DNA from: a bacterium
Lineage (GTDB): Bacteria; Patescibacteriota; Dojkabacteria; SC72; WJKH01
NCBI GenBank assembly: GCA_029547225.1
Contig: JAKPPS010000039.1
Span: 1-55,377 of the forward strand
DNA: 55,377 bases
Reading direction: 5' to 3'
The notes under the pieces are model-generated. The model did not search any database. It was not told the origin of the DNA and saw only the letters and a program-made list of their open reading frames with translations. The position numbers and the translations under genes were made by a program. Shown one piece after another: positions 39,182 through 49,784 of this stretch; within the stretch, counting starts at the first letter, position 1; every line of letters begins with the position of its first letter.

Positions 39182-39249
39182 TTATTATTGTAAAATATGA
39201 TATTTAGTAGTCAGTAATTTTTGATAGATAATAAATTATTGATATCCAC

Positions 39250-39278
39250 TTGCAAATATTATGACTTTTTGATATTAT
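39250..39278 (+). promoter_or_regulatory. Sigma70 promoter for rpmB
   Basis: TTGCAA-17-TATTAT with extended TG. Confidence 0.65.
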
Positions 39279-39323
39279 CACACGTAGCTTAATGAAACAA
39301 GCATTCAGTTTATTGCTAAATCT

Positions 39324-39554
39324 ATGTCAAAATATTGCGCATTATGCGAAAAATCAACAATTGCAGGAAAAAGAATACAACATCACCACTCAGTCGGTTG
39401 GCGTTTTAAAGCTCCTCGAAATACTCGAGTTTTTAGACCAAATGTTCGTAAAGTAAACCTTGAAGTAGATGGAAAGATTGTTAAGGCAACAGTTTGTATG
39501 AAATGTTACAAAAAATTGCGAGCTTCAGAAGGTGATTCAAAGGTCTCAGAATAG
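39324..39554 (+). CDS. rpmB: 50S ribosomal protein bL28
   Basis: MSKYCALCEK...TRVFRPNVRKV...VCMKC. Confidence 0.93.
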   Translation: MSKYCALCEKSTIAGKRIQHHHSVGWRFKAPRNTRVFRPNVRKVNLEVDGKIVKATVCMKCYKKLRASEGDSKVSE

Positions 39555-39695
39555 GTCCTAATTTCAAATATATCTCTTTCATTCCAATATTTCTTATTAT
39601 TTTCTAGCCTTGAACTTTTTGAGGTAGCTTAGTAAAAAATTCGTCTGAAAGACATTTAACCTTGAATAAACTAATAAATCTGATAGAATACAGCT

Positions 39696-40748
39696 ATGTT
39701 ATTTGACTCATTATTAAATCTAGTTACATACGATATCGGCATTGACCTTGGTACATCCAATACATTAGTTTTCTTACGAGGGAAGGGTATTGTTATATCT
39801 GAGCCATCAGTAGTTGCCATTAACAAAAAAAATAAAACTGTATTAGCAGTTGGTTTAGAAGCAAGACAAATGATAGGTCGTACTCCTGCAAATGTTGTTG
39901 CAAGTAGGCCACTAAGAGATGGAGTTATTTCCGATTTCGATTCTACGCAGGCAATGATTCATTATTTTATCGAAAAGGTGCATAGATATTCTCCAAAAAC
40001 ATTCGTTATTCCGAGACCAAGAGTAATTGTTGGTGTTCCTTCTTCGGTTACTGAAGTTGAAAGGCAGGCTGTCATCGATGCAGCGAAAACCGCAGGCGCA
40101 CGATCAGTATTTATTGTTGAAGAAGCAATGGCTGCAGCAATCGGTGCGGGGCTTCCGGTCGAAGAGGCTTCTGGAAGCATGATAATTGATATAGGTGGTG
40201 GTACGACAGACATTGCAGTTATTTCACTTGGAGATATTGTAGTTGATAAAACGTTGCAGGTTGCAGGTGATGAAATGGACCAGGATATAATAAATTATGC
40301 ACGACAAAAGTATAATCTACTTATTGGTGAGCGCACTGCCGAGGATGTTAAAATCGCAATCGGTTCTGCTTATCCATTAAAAGAAGAAAAATCAGTCATT
40401 ATACAAGGTCGAGATTTAATTAGTGGTTTGCCAAAATCAGTTGAGTTTTCAAGTATTGAGGCTCGTGAGGCAATAATGAATTCGATCATCAAGATTTTAG
40501 ACGCGATTAAGGATGCAATCGAAGAGACACCTCCAGAGTTACTCTCTGACTTAATATCTTCAGGTGTTTATCTTGCAGGGGGCGGAGCTATGATAAAGGG
40601 TATTGATAAACTATTTCAAGAGGAGTTGAAACTTCCTGTAAAAATTAGTGAAGAGCCACTTTCTGCTGTTGCTAAAGGTACAGCATTAATGCTTGATCAC
40701 ATTGAATTATTGCAACGTATCCAGAGATCTTGGGATGAGCTTCAATAA
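39696..40748 (+). CDS. mreB: Rod shape-determining protein MreB (operon copy)
   Basis: DIGIDLGTSNT, RPLRDGVISDF, DIGGGTTDIA; precedes mreC/mreD/PBP2. Confidence 0.96.
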   Translation: MLFDSLLNLVTYDIGIDLGTSNTLVFLRGKGIVISEPSVVAINKKNKTVLAVGLEARQMIGRTPANVVASRPLRDGVISDFDSTQAMIHYFIEKVHRYSPKTFVIPRPRVIVGVPSSVTEVERQAVIDAAKTAGARSVFIVEEAMAAAIGAGLPVEEASGSMIIDIGGGTTDIAVISLGDIVVDKTLQVAGDEMDQDIINYARQKYNLLIGERTAEDVKIAIGSAYPLKEEKSVIIQGRDLISGLPKSVEFSSIEAREAIMNSIIKILDAIKDAIEETPPELLSDLISSGVYLAGGGAMIKGIDKLFQEELKLPVKISEEPLSAVAKGTALMLDHIELLQRIQRSWDELQ

Positions 40749-40900
40749 TTATTACCCCATAATATGAAATTTGCTTCAGTAATAGTACTATCTTTAGTGT
40801 TTTGTAGTTTTTTCAATAGGTATTTTTTGCTATATAAATCTTGGCTATCTTTTATGGAGATGGTGTGTGTTTTTGATCCGAGATATGATATTATTAGGCG

Positions 40901-41725
40901 ATGATAAAGTTAGAGAATAACAAATTAAAGTGGGTGCTATTATTTGTCGGGATAACGTTGCTAACAATTTCTACCAATTTTTTGCCGGTAGGAGATTTCC
41001 TAAGAAATAGTATAGGTTATTTTGTTGAACCAATTTCATATTGGATGAATAATGGTGCAAATGATGTCAAAAACTTTTTTGGATCTTTTGTCTATTTTAA
41101 TCAGATGCGAGATGAAAACAATAATTTGACAGTCGAGAATGCAAATTTAAAATCGCAATTAGCTACGCTTCAATCTGTCTATGATGAGAATGCTTTTATT
41201 AAAAGTGAGATAGCATACCAACAGTCATTTCAGCAGAGTGAGATAAAAATAGTTGAAGCTCAGAGTATTGGCGGAGGTATTTATTCAGGTGGTGATTATA
41301 TTTTGATAAACAAGGGCCGTTTAGATGGTATTTCAGAGGGTATGGTTGTTAGAAGTGGTGAAATATTTCTTGGGATAACTTTTGAAGTTTCGGATAAATT
41401 GTCAAAGGTTATGTTGCCTGAAAGTAAAAACAGCAAGTTGGAAGTCAGCATATGTAAAACACCAGCCATTGATACGATACAGACAGATTGTGTAAAGGGG
41501 CTGATGGTAGGTTCGATTTCTGGTGTTAAGGTAGAAAATATTGCTACAAATGCACCTGTGTTGCAGGGCGATTATATTTTAGTGGATGATGCAAAAGTCG
41601 GTAAACTACTTTTAAGTGGAACACTAGGTAATATTACAAGTAAGCCTGGTGATTCTTATCAGCAGGCCGAGGTTCAATTGCCTTTGAGTTACAATGATAT
41701 AAGATGGGTGGTAGTAGAATTATGA
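40901..41725 (+). CDS. mreC: Rod shape-determining protein MreC
   Basis: N-terminal TM, coiled coil (DEN..L..EN), INKGRLDGISEGMVV. Confidence 0.88.
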   Translation: MIKLENNKLKWVLLFVGITLLTISTNFLPVGDFLRNSIGYFVEPISYWMNNGANDVKNFFGSFVYFNQMRDENNNLTVENANLKSQLATLQSVYDENAFIKSEIAYQQSFQQSEIKIVEAQSIGGGIYSGGDYILINKGRLDGISEGMVVRSGEIFLGITFEVSDKLSKVMLPESKNSKLEVSICKTPAIDTIQTDCVKGLMVGSISGVKVENIATNAPVLQGDYILVDDAKVGKLLLSGTLGNITSKPGDSYQQAEVQLPLSYNDIRWVVVEL

Positions 41726-42189
41726 TGACATTATTTGGTTTTATCTTATTACCTTTTGTAGAAAACTTTATTTGGGGATTGGGATTAGGCAGCATCCTGC
41801 TTGTATTAGCTATTTACTGGTACAATAACGAAACACTAACTGTCCCAAGGTTTTTACTTATTCTATTTATGGGTATTGTTATGGATATTTCATTTTTGTT
41901 GCCTTTGGGCACTGTATTAGCTTGTTTCGCGATTTCAATTATCTTTTTCACTGTGTTAAAACTTTTTTTGAGTGATAATGGGGTGGTACAAAGGTATGTG
42001 TTGTTTTCAGTCTCGTTCATTGTATTTCATACTTCACTTTATTTATTTACTCACCAATGGCAGATGGGTTGGGGTATTATTGGTATGGTGATTTTCGATA
42101 TTATTGTCTTAATCGTTATTGAGGCAGTAAGTTCCATATCTGTTCAGAAACAGTTATGGGGTCAGTCACAGAAAAAAATAAAAATTTAA
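41722..42189 (+). CDS. mreD: Probable MreD
   Basis: About 5 TM helices with GIVMD..LPLG, between mreC and PBP2; ATGA overlap with mreC. Confidence 0.65.
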   Translation: MMTLFGFILLPFVENFIWGLGLGSILLVLAIYWYNNETLTVPRFLLILFMGIVMDISFLLPLGTVLACFAISIIFFTVLKLFLSDNGVVQRYVLFSVSFIVFHTSLYLFTHQWQMGWGIIGMVIFDIIVLIVIEAVSSISVQKQLWGQSQKKIKI

Positions 42190-42199
42190 ATTTCCTATT

Positions 42200-44224
42200 A
42201 TGAATTTCAAGTTTTCCAAGAAAATCCAAAATAATCTTGAAAAAGACATCTTTTCGAGTAAGAAGATTGTACAATCAACTAAGTCAGTTAAGGCACATTC
42301 TGATCTTGGAGAGGTAGACGAGCTAAGTACTATACATTTTAACAAGTGGAATTCTGTATATGCTTTTGTACTCTTTGCGGTTGTTTTTGTTTTGATGACA
42401 GTGGCAATTATCGATTTACAGGTTATCAAGGGTCAAGAGTATTCAAATCGTTCTGAGAGTAATCAGTTACAGGTTAGAGTTGAATATCCTACGCGAGGGG
42501 TAATCTATGATCGCAATGGTGTTCAATTGGCAAGTAATATACCTTCATACAATGTATATTTGACAGTTGACAATTATTATAATGACGAAGGTGAAATAGA
42601 CACTGAAAAATTAGGTAAAGTCTCAGCAAAAATTGAAGAAATCCTTGGCGAGAAGTGGTCAGAATATGTTTTAAAGCCAGATGAAACATACTCTTCTGTC
42701 TATGAAAGAATGTTAGATTATATTGATAAATACTATTTTCTAAGTGAGTTACTTGTTGCTTCAGGTATAGATAATGAAAAAGCCATTAAACTTAAAGCAT
42801 ACACAAGTATCGATAACAGTATTACGGTAGATGATGCTACAAAAAGGTACTACTCTAATGCATTAAGTACTTCACATATTCTCGGTTATGTTGCAAAAGT
42901 AAATGCAGATGATCTTGAGACAAGAGATTATGTAGATATGAATGATTTTGTAGGAAAATCGGGTGTTGAATACTATTATGACCGTGAGCTTATTGGCCAG
43001 AAAGGTGAATATGCAGTTGAAATAGATGCCTATGGGAATATCGTTTCCGATCTTCAGATGAATATTAACGAAGTAGTTCCTGGAAAGAACCTTTATCTTA
43101 CAATTGATAATGAAATCCAGAATAACCTCTACAACTCTTTACAAAATGGCGTAAATACTTATGGTGGAAATGGTGGAGCCGGGATAGTGATGGATGTAAA
43201 TACTGGCGAGATATTGGCTATGGCTTCATATCCAAGTTATGACAATAATCTTTTTGTTGATGGTATCTCAAGCAGTGAGTACGAAGCTCTCACAAGTGAT
43301 ACGAGATTACCTCTGTTTGATCGAACAATTTCTGCACAAATACCGCCTGGTTCGATATTTAAAACAATAGTTGGTTCTAGTGCTTTAGATGCGGGTGCAA
43401 TTGATCGGTACACGAAATACAATAGTACATATGATTATTCGTTCTCAAATGGGGCATCATTTTGGGAGTATGGTCGCAGAGCATATGGATGGATTGACAT
43501 AATTGGAGCACTGGAAGTGTCATCGAACATATTTTTTTGTGAAACGGTAAGAAATTGGGATATGGATAGTCTCGTACCTTACCTCGAAAAATTTGGTATA
43601 GGTGAATATACAAATATTGATATTCCAGGTGAGATGCCTGGTCGTTTACCATCAGCACAGAATAAAATAGCCCTGGCTAATTCCTCAAGTCCTTGGTTGG
43701 AGCCGGTTTGGTATCCTGAAGGAGATTCATGTAACTCAGTGATAGGACAGGGTATTACGCTTGTTACACCAATACAGGCTGTGAATTGGGTTTCTGCGAT
43801 TGCCAATGGAGGGAAATTGAATACTCCTCATGTTGCCAATTATTTTGAAGAGATTTCTCCGGTTGATGGCGAGAAGATTACTGAAAAGGTAGATTTCGAG
43901 CCAATAAATCAAAATATTGTATCTGAAAGTGCATTACAAATTGTTCGAGAGGGAATGAGGGAAACGGTTGTTGGCTCAAGTGGTTTTCTATATTTCTTTA
44001 ATGAGCTACCATTTTCTGTCGCCGCAAAGACGGGTACTGCTGAATTTGGTGCTGTAAATGCTGATGGAAAATATGAACATACTCATGCATGGGTTATAGG
44101 GTTCTATCCTTACGAATCTCCGAGGTATGCATTTGCTTTCTATATGGAAGATAGTACCTTAGGTACTGATGCGGCTATGGTGGCTCGTGACTTCTTGAGA
44201 ACAATCCCCGAAAAATATAGGTAG
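42200..44224 (+). CDS. mrdA: Penicillin-binding protein 2 (class B)
   Basis: RGVIYDRNG, GKSGVEYYYD, SIFK (SxxK), SSN (SxN), KTGTAE. Confidence 0.93.
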   Translation: MNFKFSKKIQNNLEKDIFSSKKIVQSTKSVKAHSDLGEVDELSTIHFNKWNSVYAFVLFAVVFVLMTVAIIDLQVIKGQEYSNRSESNQLQVRVEYPTRGVIYDRNGVQLASNIPSYNVYLTVDNYYNDEGEIDTEKLGKVSAKIEEILGEKWSEYVLKPDETYSSVYERMLDYIDKYYFLSELLVASGIDNEKAIKLKAYTSIDNSITVDDATKRYYSNALSTSHILGYVAKVNADDLETRDYVDMNDFVGKSGVEYYYDRELIGQKGEYAVEIDAYGNIVSDLQMNINEVVPGKNLYLTIDNEIQNNLYNSLQNGVNTYGGNGGAGIVMDVNTGEILAMASYPSYDNNLFVDGISSSEYEALTSDTRLPLFDRTISAQIPPGSIFKTIVGSSALDAGAIDRYTKYNSTYDYSFSNGASFWEYGRRAYGWIDIIGALEVSSNIFFCETVRNWDMDSLVPYLEKFGIGEYTNIDIPGEMPGRLPSAQNKIALANSSSPWLEPVWYPEGDSCNSVIGQGITLVTPIQAVNWVSAIANGGKLNTPHVANYFEEISPVDGEKITEKVDFEPINQNIVSESALQIVREGMRETVVGSSGFLYFFNELPFSVAAKTGTAEFGAVNADGKYEHTHAWVIGFYPYESPRYAFAFYMEDSTLGTDAAMVARDFLRTIPEKYR

Positions 44225-44316
44225 TTGTTATCACTGTCGATGCTGATGGTTGTGTGAATAAACATCATTCATTTTTTCTTAATATCTTTTTAATAGTTGT
44301 AGGTTATGATCTATTT

Positions 44317-45666
44317 ATGAGATTTAGGGAAAGTGGTATCGGGGAAGAATACAAATTGCTCATAGGTTTTCTGATGACAAAACAGGGTATTGGGTCCATA
44401 CGGGCCGTGAATATTCTACTTGGTTTAACGGACGATGAAAGAAAAAAGCTTTTTGGTCAGATAAAAGGAACAGGTGAATATTCGGAATATCTTAGTTTGT
44501 TAAAGAAAAATAGAATCGAAGTAGTAGATAGTGAAGGCGAGCTTTACAAAAAGCGATTTGGAGAATTGAAATATCGACCGGCGGTGTTGTTTTGCAGGGG
44601 GAACATAGGGTTAATGTCGCGTACGACTGTTGCTGTAGTAGGAAGCAGAAACTGCGATCAATATGGTGTAAATGCAACCCGTAGAATAGTTGAGCAAGTT
44701 GCAAAATGTAAAAATATTGCGCTTGTAACTGGCTTGGCGACAGGGATCGATAGTGTGGCTCTGGAAGAAGCAAGAAAATACGCTGTACCGACAATCTCAG
44801 TTATTGCTGGAGGGCATAAAATATTCTCGAAAATAAACAATGATTTGATTATTTCAGAGTACCCTCCGGCAAATAAATTAAGTAAGGGGCATTTCATTAT
44901 TAGAAATCGTTTGATTGCGAGTCTTGCCGATGTAGTTATTGTTGCACAAGCAGGTGAGAAGAGTGGTGCATTATATACCGCAGAATATGCAAAACAGTGT
45001 AATAAACTTCTTTTTGCAGTGCCAGGCCAAATGACGGATTATCGTTTTATTGGGTGCAATAGACTTATTTCAAATGGTGCAAATATTGTAGATTGGGAAG
45101 GGAATTGGTTACATAAAGCTAACTTAGTAGGTGTGTTAGGAGATCAGGAGAATCTTTTGGAAAGGGTGTTGGGAGTATTGATTGATATTCAAATAGATCA
45201 AAAAGAAAGAATTAACCAAGTAGAGAGAGAGAAGTTGATGGTAATTAACTATAATATTTATGATGAAAAAACTCCTGAAGAGTCAATAATTCGTAATAAA
45301 GAAAATGATAATTCGAATAGTCAGAATTTTATTCTAAAATGTCTATTTGACAGTATTATCAAAGATATTGTTTCTTCAAAATGTCAGGAAAACAGTAAAT
45401 GCTCAATGCTTGCTCAGAGGATTATTGAGAAAAATACAAGTAAGAGTGCGATGAGCATTATTCAAAATGAAAATAAAAGAAAACTTTTTCTTGCTGTCGC
45501 TTTGTACTGTCAACAAAATATATTACAAGGGCAGGGATTATCGTTTGAAGAAATATGCTGTGGTATCAATGAATTTAGGCGAGATGAAATCCGCAGATAT
45601 TTGACAAAACTTGAGGTTGGGGGTATTTTGAGACAAAATTTAATCGGTAAATATGTACTTTGTTGA
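44317..45666 (+). CDS. dprA: DNA-processing protein DprA/Smf
   Basis: VAVVGSR, TGLATGID, ISEYPP, FIIRNRLIA, SGALYTA, FAVPG; C-terminal winged helix. Start 44317 preferred (TATGAT 6 nt upstream). Confidence 0.9.
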   Translation: MRFRESGIGEEYKLLIGFLMTKQGIGSIRAVNILLGLTDDERKKLFGQIKGTGEYSEYLSLLKKNRIEVVDSEGELYKKRFGELKYRPAVLFCRGNIGLMSRTTVAVVGSRNCDQYGVNATRRIVEQVAKCKNIALVTGLATGIDSVALEEARKYAVPTISVIAGGHKIFSKINNDLIISEYPPANKLSKGHFIIRNRLIASLADVVIVAQAGEKSGALYTAEYAKQCNKLLFAVPGQMTDYRFIGCNRLISNGANIVDWEGNWLHKANLVGVLGDQENLLERVLGVLIDIQIDQKERINQVEREKLMVINYNIYDEKTPEESIIRNKENDNSNSQNFILKCLFDSIIKDIVSSKCQENSKCSMLAQRIIEKNTSKSAMSIIQNENKRKLFLAVALYCQQNILQGQGLSFEEICCGINEFRRDEIRRYLTKLEVGGILRQNLIGKYVLC

Positions 45667-45735
45667 AAAAATAGAAAAATATAAAATAAACTTGTATACT
45701 AATATTTTAAGTATTTAAAAAATAGAAAAGAAAAG

Positions 45736-47829
45736 ATGAGCAATTTATTAATAGTTGAGTCGCCCGCAAAGGCAAAAACAATAGAAAAATATTTAGGTAA
45801 GGATTATAAAGTACTAGCTACTTTGGGCCATATTATTGACCTTCCTAAAAATAAAATTGCTGTTGATACTGAACATGAATACAAACCAGAATTCATAATA
45901 ATGGATGGCAAGAAGAAGATTATATCTAGTCTTAAAAAGAGTCTCCCCAAAAAAGGTGAGGGGGAAGTACTTCTTGCTATGGACCCTGATCGTGAAGGTG
46001 AAGCAATTGCATGGCATACTATGAATGCCTTAAAGTTAAAGAATCCAAAGCGTGTAGTTTTTCATGAAATAACCAAAGATGCAGTTGTCGAGGCGATCAA
46101 GAAACCAAGACATATAGATGACAATCTTGTCGATGCTCAGATTGCACGAAGGGTGTTGGATCGCTTAGTAGGATACAAATTGTCACAGTTATTGTGGAAA
46201 AAGATGTGGTATGGTCTCTCTGCGGGAAGAGTTCAATCAGTGGCATTAAAGTTGGTGGTTGAAAGAGAAAACGAAATTCTAGCATTTGTACCGAAAGAAT
46301 TTTGGGAAATTAAAGCAGATTGTAAAACAGCAAAAGATTCTGATTTTGTTGCTGAATTAGTAAAGATTAATGATAAGAAGGCACACATCGGTAATGCAAC
46401 TTCTTCCGATGAAGTGCTCAAGGCTTTAGAGGGAAAGGATCTATCTGTTGATACAATTGCAAAGAAAACTGTACAAATGTCAGCGAAACCACCGTTTACG
46501 ACTTCGACTTTGCAACAGTCTTCGAATAATATTCTTGGATATTCTACAAAGAGGACAATGAGTCTTGCACAACAGTTATACCAGGCAGGATATATCACAT
46601 ATATGCGTACAGACTCTGTAAATCTTGCACAGCAGGCTATTGAGCAGATACGAGAGAAAATAAAGGCAGATTATGGTGACAAATATCTTTCAGCTAAAAC
46701 TAATTATTTCAAAAACAAGGCTAGATTAGCTCAGGAAGCGCATGAAGCAATAAGGCCTTCTCATTTTGATGTAAGTACTGAAAAAGTTGCAAAAGAACTT
46801 GGTTCTCAAGCAGCAAAACTTTATGACATAATTTTTAAGAGAGCACTAGCGTGTCAAATGTCACCTCAAGTTGTTGAGAAACTAGAGATTTCTCTTTCTA
46901 CTAAGGGCACAGATAACAAGAAGTATGGTTTTAGTGCTAAAGCAGATAATCTGTTGTTCGATGGATATTCTAAGGTTTGGGGAAAGAAATTTAAGGATTC
47001 AGAAGATTTAAAAAGCCTTGGAGAAATCAATGAAGGAGAGAAAGTAATAGTAAAAAAACTTATCCCAACTCAGAAATTTACAGAACCGAAATCAAGATAT
47101 ACCGAAGCAACTTTGGTCAAGGCTTTAGAAAAATATGGAGTAGGGCGACCTTCAACTTATGCTACTATAATAAGCACGATAATTGATAGAGGTTATGTCA
47201 CAAAAGAACAGAAATATCTTAAGCCAAAGGATGTTGGATTTACAGTTACAAATTTCTTGCAATCAAATTTTAACCGTTTAGTAGATTACACTTATACTGC
47301 AAAAGTTGAAGAAGATCTCGATAATATTGCGGAAGGTAAGGTAAAATATCTACCATTTATAGATAATCAGTATAAGCCTTTGGTGTCAGAGCTCGAAAGT
47401 GCAGATAAAATAAGCAAAGATCAGGTTCTTATATTGGGTGATTCAGAAGAAAAATGCCCTGAATGTCAAAGCCCTATGCAAGTAAAATTAGGTAGATATG
47501 GTAAATTCCTAACCTGCTCTCGTTTTCCAGAATGTAAAGGTATGAAAGGTCTTGCGGGCAGTGAATCACAACCAGAAATTGATCTCGATAAATATGTCGA
47601 AGTTGGTAAGTGTGAAAAATGTGGGTCTGAAATGGTTATGAAAACTGGACGTTTTGGAAGTTTTTGGGCATGTTCAGCTTATCCGAAGTGCAAGAATATT
47701 GTTTCTGCGAAACTAAAAGAAAAATGTCCAAAATGTGGAAAACCGCTAGTTGAGAAGAAGGGTAAATGGGGCAAAACATTTATCGGTTGTAGTGGCTATC
47801 CAAAATGTAAATATATTAAGAAGAAATAG
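45736..47829 (+). CDS. topA: DNA topoisomerase I
   Basis: IVESPAKAKTI, DPDREGEAIAWH, SAGRVQS, ITYMRTDS, three C-terminal C4 zinc ribbons. Confidence 0.97.
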   Translation: MSNLLIVESPAKAKTIEKYLGKDYKVLATLGHIIDLPKNKIAVDTEHEYKPEFIIMDGKKKIISSLKKSLPKKGEGEVLLAMDPDREGEAIAWHTMNALKLKNPKRVVFHEITKDAVVEAIKKPRHIDDNLVDAQIARRVLDRLVGYKLSQLLWKKMWYGLSAGRVQSVALKLVVERENEILAFVPKEFWEIKADCKTAKDSDFVAELVKINDKKAHIGNATSSDEVLKALEGKDLSVDTIAKKTVQMSAKPPFTTSTLQQSSNNILGYSTKRTMSLAQQLYQAGYITYMRTDSVNLAQQAIEQIREKIKADYGDKYLSAKTNYFKNKARLAQEAHEAIRPSHFDVSTEKVAKELGSQAAKLYDIIFKRALACQMSPQVVEKLEISLSTKGTDNKKYGFSAKADNLLFDGYSKVWGKKFKDSEDLKSLGEINEGEKVIVKKLIPTQKFTEPKSRYTEATLVKALEKYGVGRPSTYATIISTIIDRGYVTKEQKYLKPKDVGFTVTNFLQSNFNRLVDYTYTAKVEEDLDNIAEGKVKYLPFIDNQYKPLVSELESADKISKDQVLILGDSEEKCPECQSPMQVKLGRYGKFLTCSRFPECKGMKGLAGSESQPEIDLDKYVEVGKCEKCGSEMVMKTGRFGSFWACSAYPKCKNIVSAKLKEKCPKCGKPLVEKKGKWGKTFIGCSGYPKCKYIKKK

Positions 47830-48075
47830 TGTTTATTGAAAAACAATATACCTGTTTTTTGCTGAACTAAAATGTAGAATTTCCCCCATAGTGAGTAATC
47901 GGTATTTTGGCACAATTCAATACTGTGCCATTGTGTTCAATTACATTATTAATATATTCGTCACAATAATAAACCATAATAATAAACTATGAAAATTTAT
48001 TAAAAATAAAAATCCTTAGCAAAGTAAACTACTTTTTGGATAAAAAACATTAAATTATTTTAATTTGTACTTCAC

Positions 48076-48726
48076 ATGATGAGAAAACCAAGAGAAAAAT
48101 ATTTGCACGGAGGTCTCCGGATGTTGACTAATGCAGATTTAGTGGCTTTGATACTTGGTTCAGGTGTAAAGGGTAGGGATGTGTATAAAATTGCTGATGA
48201 GATTAGTGCACTAATTGAACGACAACGGAAAATCAGAAAAGAAAGTGACTCAAATTATCAGAATCTTTTCGAAAAACTGAAAAATATTGTTGGAGTCGGA
48301 GATATCAATGCGACAAAAATTATTTCAGCAATAGAGTTGGGAAGTAGGATTAATTCAAATAATGAAACAACAGTACTCTGTAATACTCAAGATATTTATA
48401 AGATGTGTTACGATATTTATGCTAGAAAACAAGAGATAGTAATAGCTTTTTATCTTGACGCAAGATATCGACTAATAGAAAAGAGACAAATTGGGCAAGG
48501 AAGTGTGGATAGAATCTCTATACAGGTGAGAGATATTCTTGTTGGTGCGTTGGAAAATAATGCAAGTTGGGTTGTCTTGGCACATAATCATCCTTCTGGA
48601 GAGAGTAAGCCGAGTGAAGAGGATTATGTATTCACTAAAAGATTGAAAGAGGTTTCAGATGCTCTGGGAGTCGGTTTTTTGGAGCATATTGTTGTAACAA
48701 GCACAGGTTATTCTTCGATTAAATAG
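48076..48726 (+). CDS. radC: RadC-family JAB domain protein
   Basis: KPREK, HhH (GVG...A..I.SAIELG), AHNHPSG..PSEED, LEHIVV. Confidence 0.93.
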   Translation: MMRKPREKYLHGGLRMLTNADLVALILGSGVKGRDVYKIADEISALIERQRKIRKESDSNYQNLFEKLKNIVGVGDINATKIISAIELGSRINSNNETTVLCNTQDIYKMCYDIYARKQEIVIAFYLDARYRLIEKRQIGQGSVDRISIQVRDILVGALENNASWVVLAHNHPSGESKPSEEDYVFTKRLKEVSDALGVGFLEHIVVTSTGYSSIK

Positions 48727-48882
48727 TGTATTTAATATTGTGTTAATGGGTGTTTAAGAATCGAGCTTTTTTCTAAAATAAAAAAAACATAAAACCCTTT
48801 TCTGATTCCCACTTTATTCATAACAATCGAAATTTAACACGAACTGTTTGCAAATCATTAAGAATAATTTATAATCGTCACT

Positions 48883-49626
48883 ATGGTTGAAATAATAAAA
48901 AAATATAAAAGCAGCAAATATAAGGGTTTGATGGTGGATCTTGATGATACCCTTATTACTTCGAATCAAGTATATGATAAGGCAATGAAATATACTTCAA
49001 GTTTTGTAGCACAGAAATTTGGCTTAGATAAAGAAGCTTTCTACAAATTAGTACAATCAAAACATGAAATTATCGATCATAATTTCCCTACCGTACACAC
49101 TCGACATAGTAGGATACTTGTCTATCGCATGGCTTTAGATGAAATGGCTATCAATTATGATTTGGGTATTTTGCCGGATATTGAAGATATGTATTGGGAG
49201 TATTTTTTAAATCATGTAAAAGTATATCCTGAAGTTAAAGACACACTCAAGAAAATTCGTCAGGCAGGCGTAAGGATTGCAATCGTCTCAGATGGAGATC
49301 TTTCATTGAGGATTCGTAAAGCACGTAAAACGGGATTAACGAAATTAGTTGATCAGATAGTCGCATCGGAAGAGGTGATTTTTGAAAAGCCCTTTAGCGC
49401 AATATTTACATTGACATTGTCTAGATTGAAGCTCGAACCTGCAAACTGTATTATGCTAGGGAATAATTATAAAAGTGATATTAGAGGCGCTCAGCTTGTT
49501 GGGATAAGAGCAGGTATTTTTAATCCAAGTACAAAATCTAATCTGATAGGGCAAGATGGAACGATAGTGCCTGATTTTACAATCTCTAGATTCTCGGACA
49601 TATTGAAGGAATTGCAAATTGTCTAG
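48883..49626 (+). CDS. HAD-superfamily hydrolase (YjjG-like)
   Basis: DLDDTL, IVSDG, EKP, MLGNNYKSDIRGA. Confidence 0.88.
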   Translation: MVEIIKKYKSSKYKGLMVDLDDTLITSNQVYDKAMKYTSSFVAQKFGLDKEAFYKLVQSKHEIIDHNFPTVHTRHSRILVYRMALDEMAINYDLGILPDIEDMYWEYFLNHVKVYPEVKDTLKKIRQAGVRIAIVSDGDLSLRIRKARKTGLTKLVDQIVASEEVIFEKPFSAIFTLTLSRLKLEPANCIMLGNNYKSDIRGAQLVGIRAGIFNPSTKSNLIGQDGTIVPDFTISRFSDILKELQIV

Positions 49627-49784
49627 ATTTTGGTATAATACCTTGTTAACCTTTTGCAGAATCAATCAATTATGTGCGATTATGTGATAGGTTAGTATAT
49701 TATTTATTTCACATGCCTTTAAATGATTCCTTGTTATATAGCGATATATAATAAAGAAGGCAGGTGTTGAAAGGAACAAAAAAT

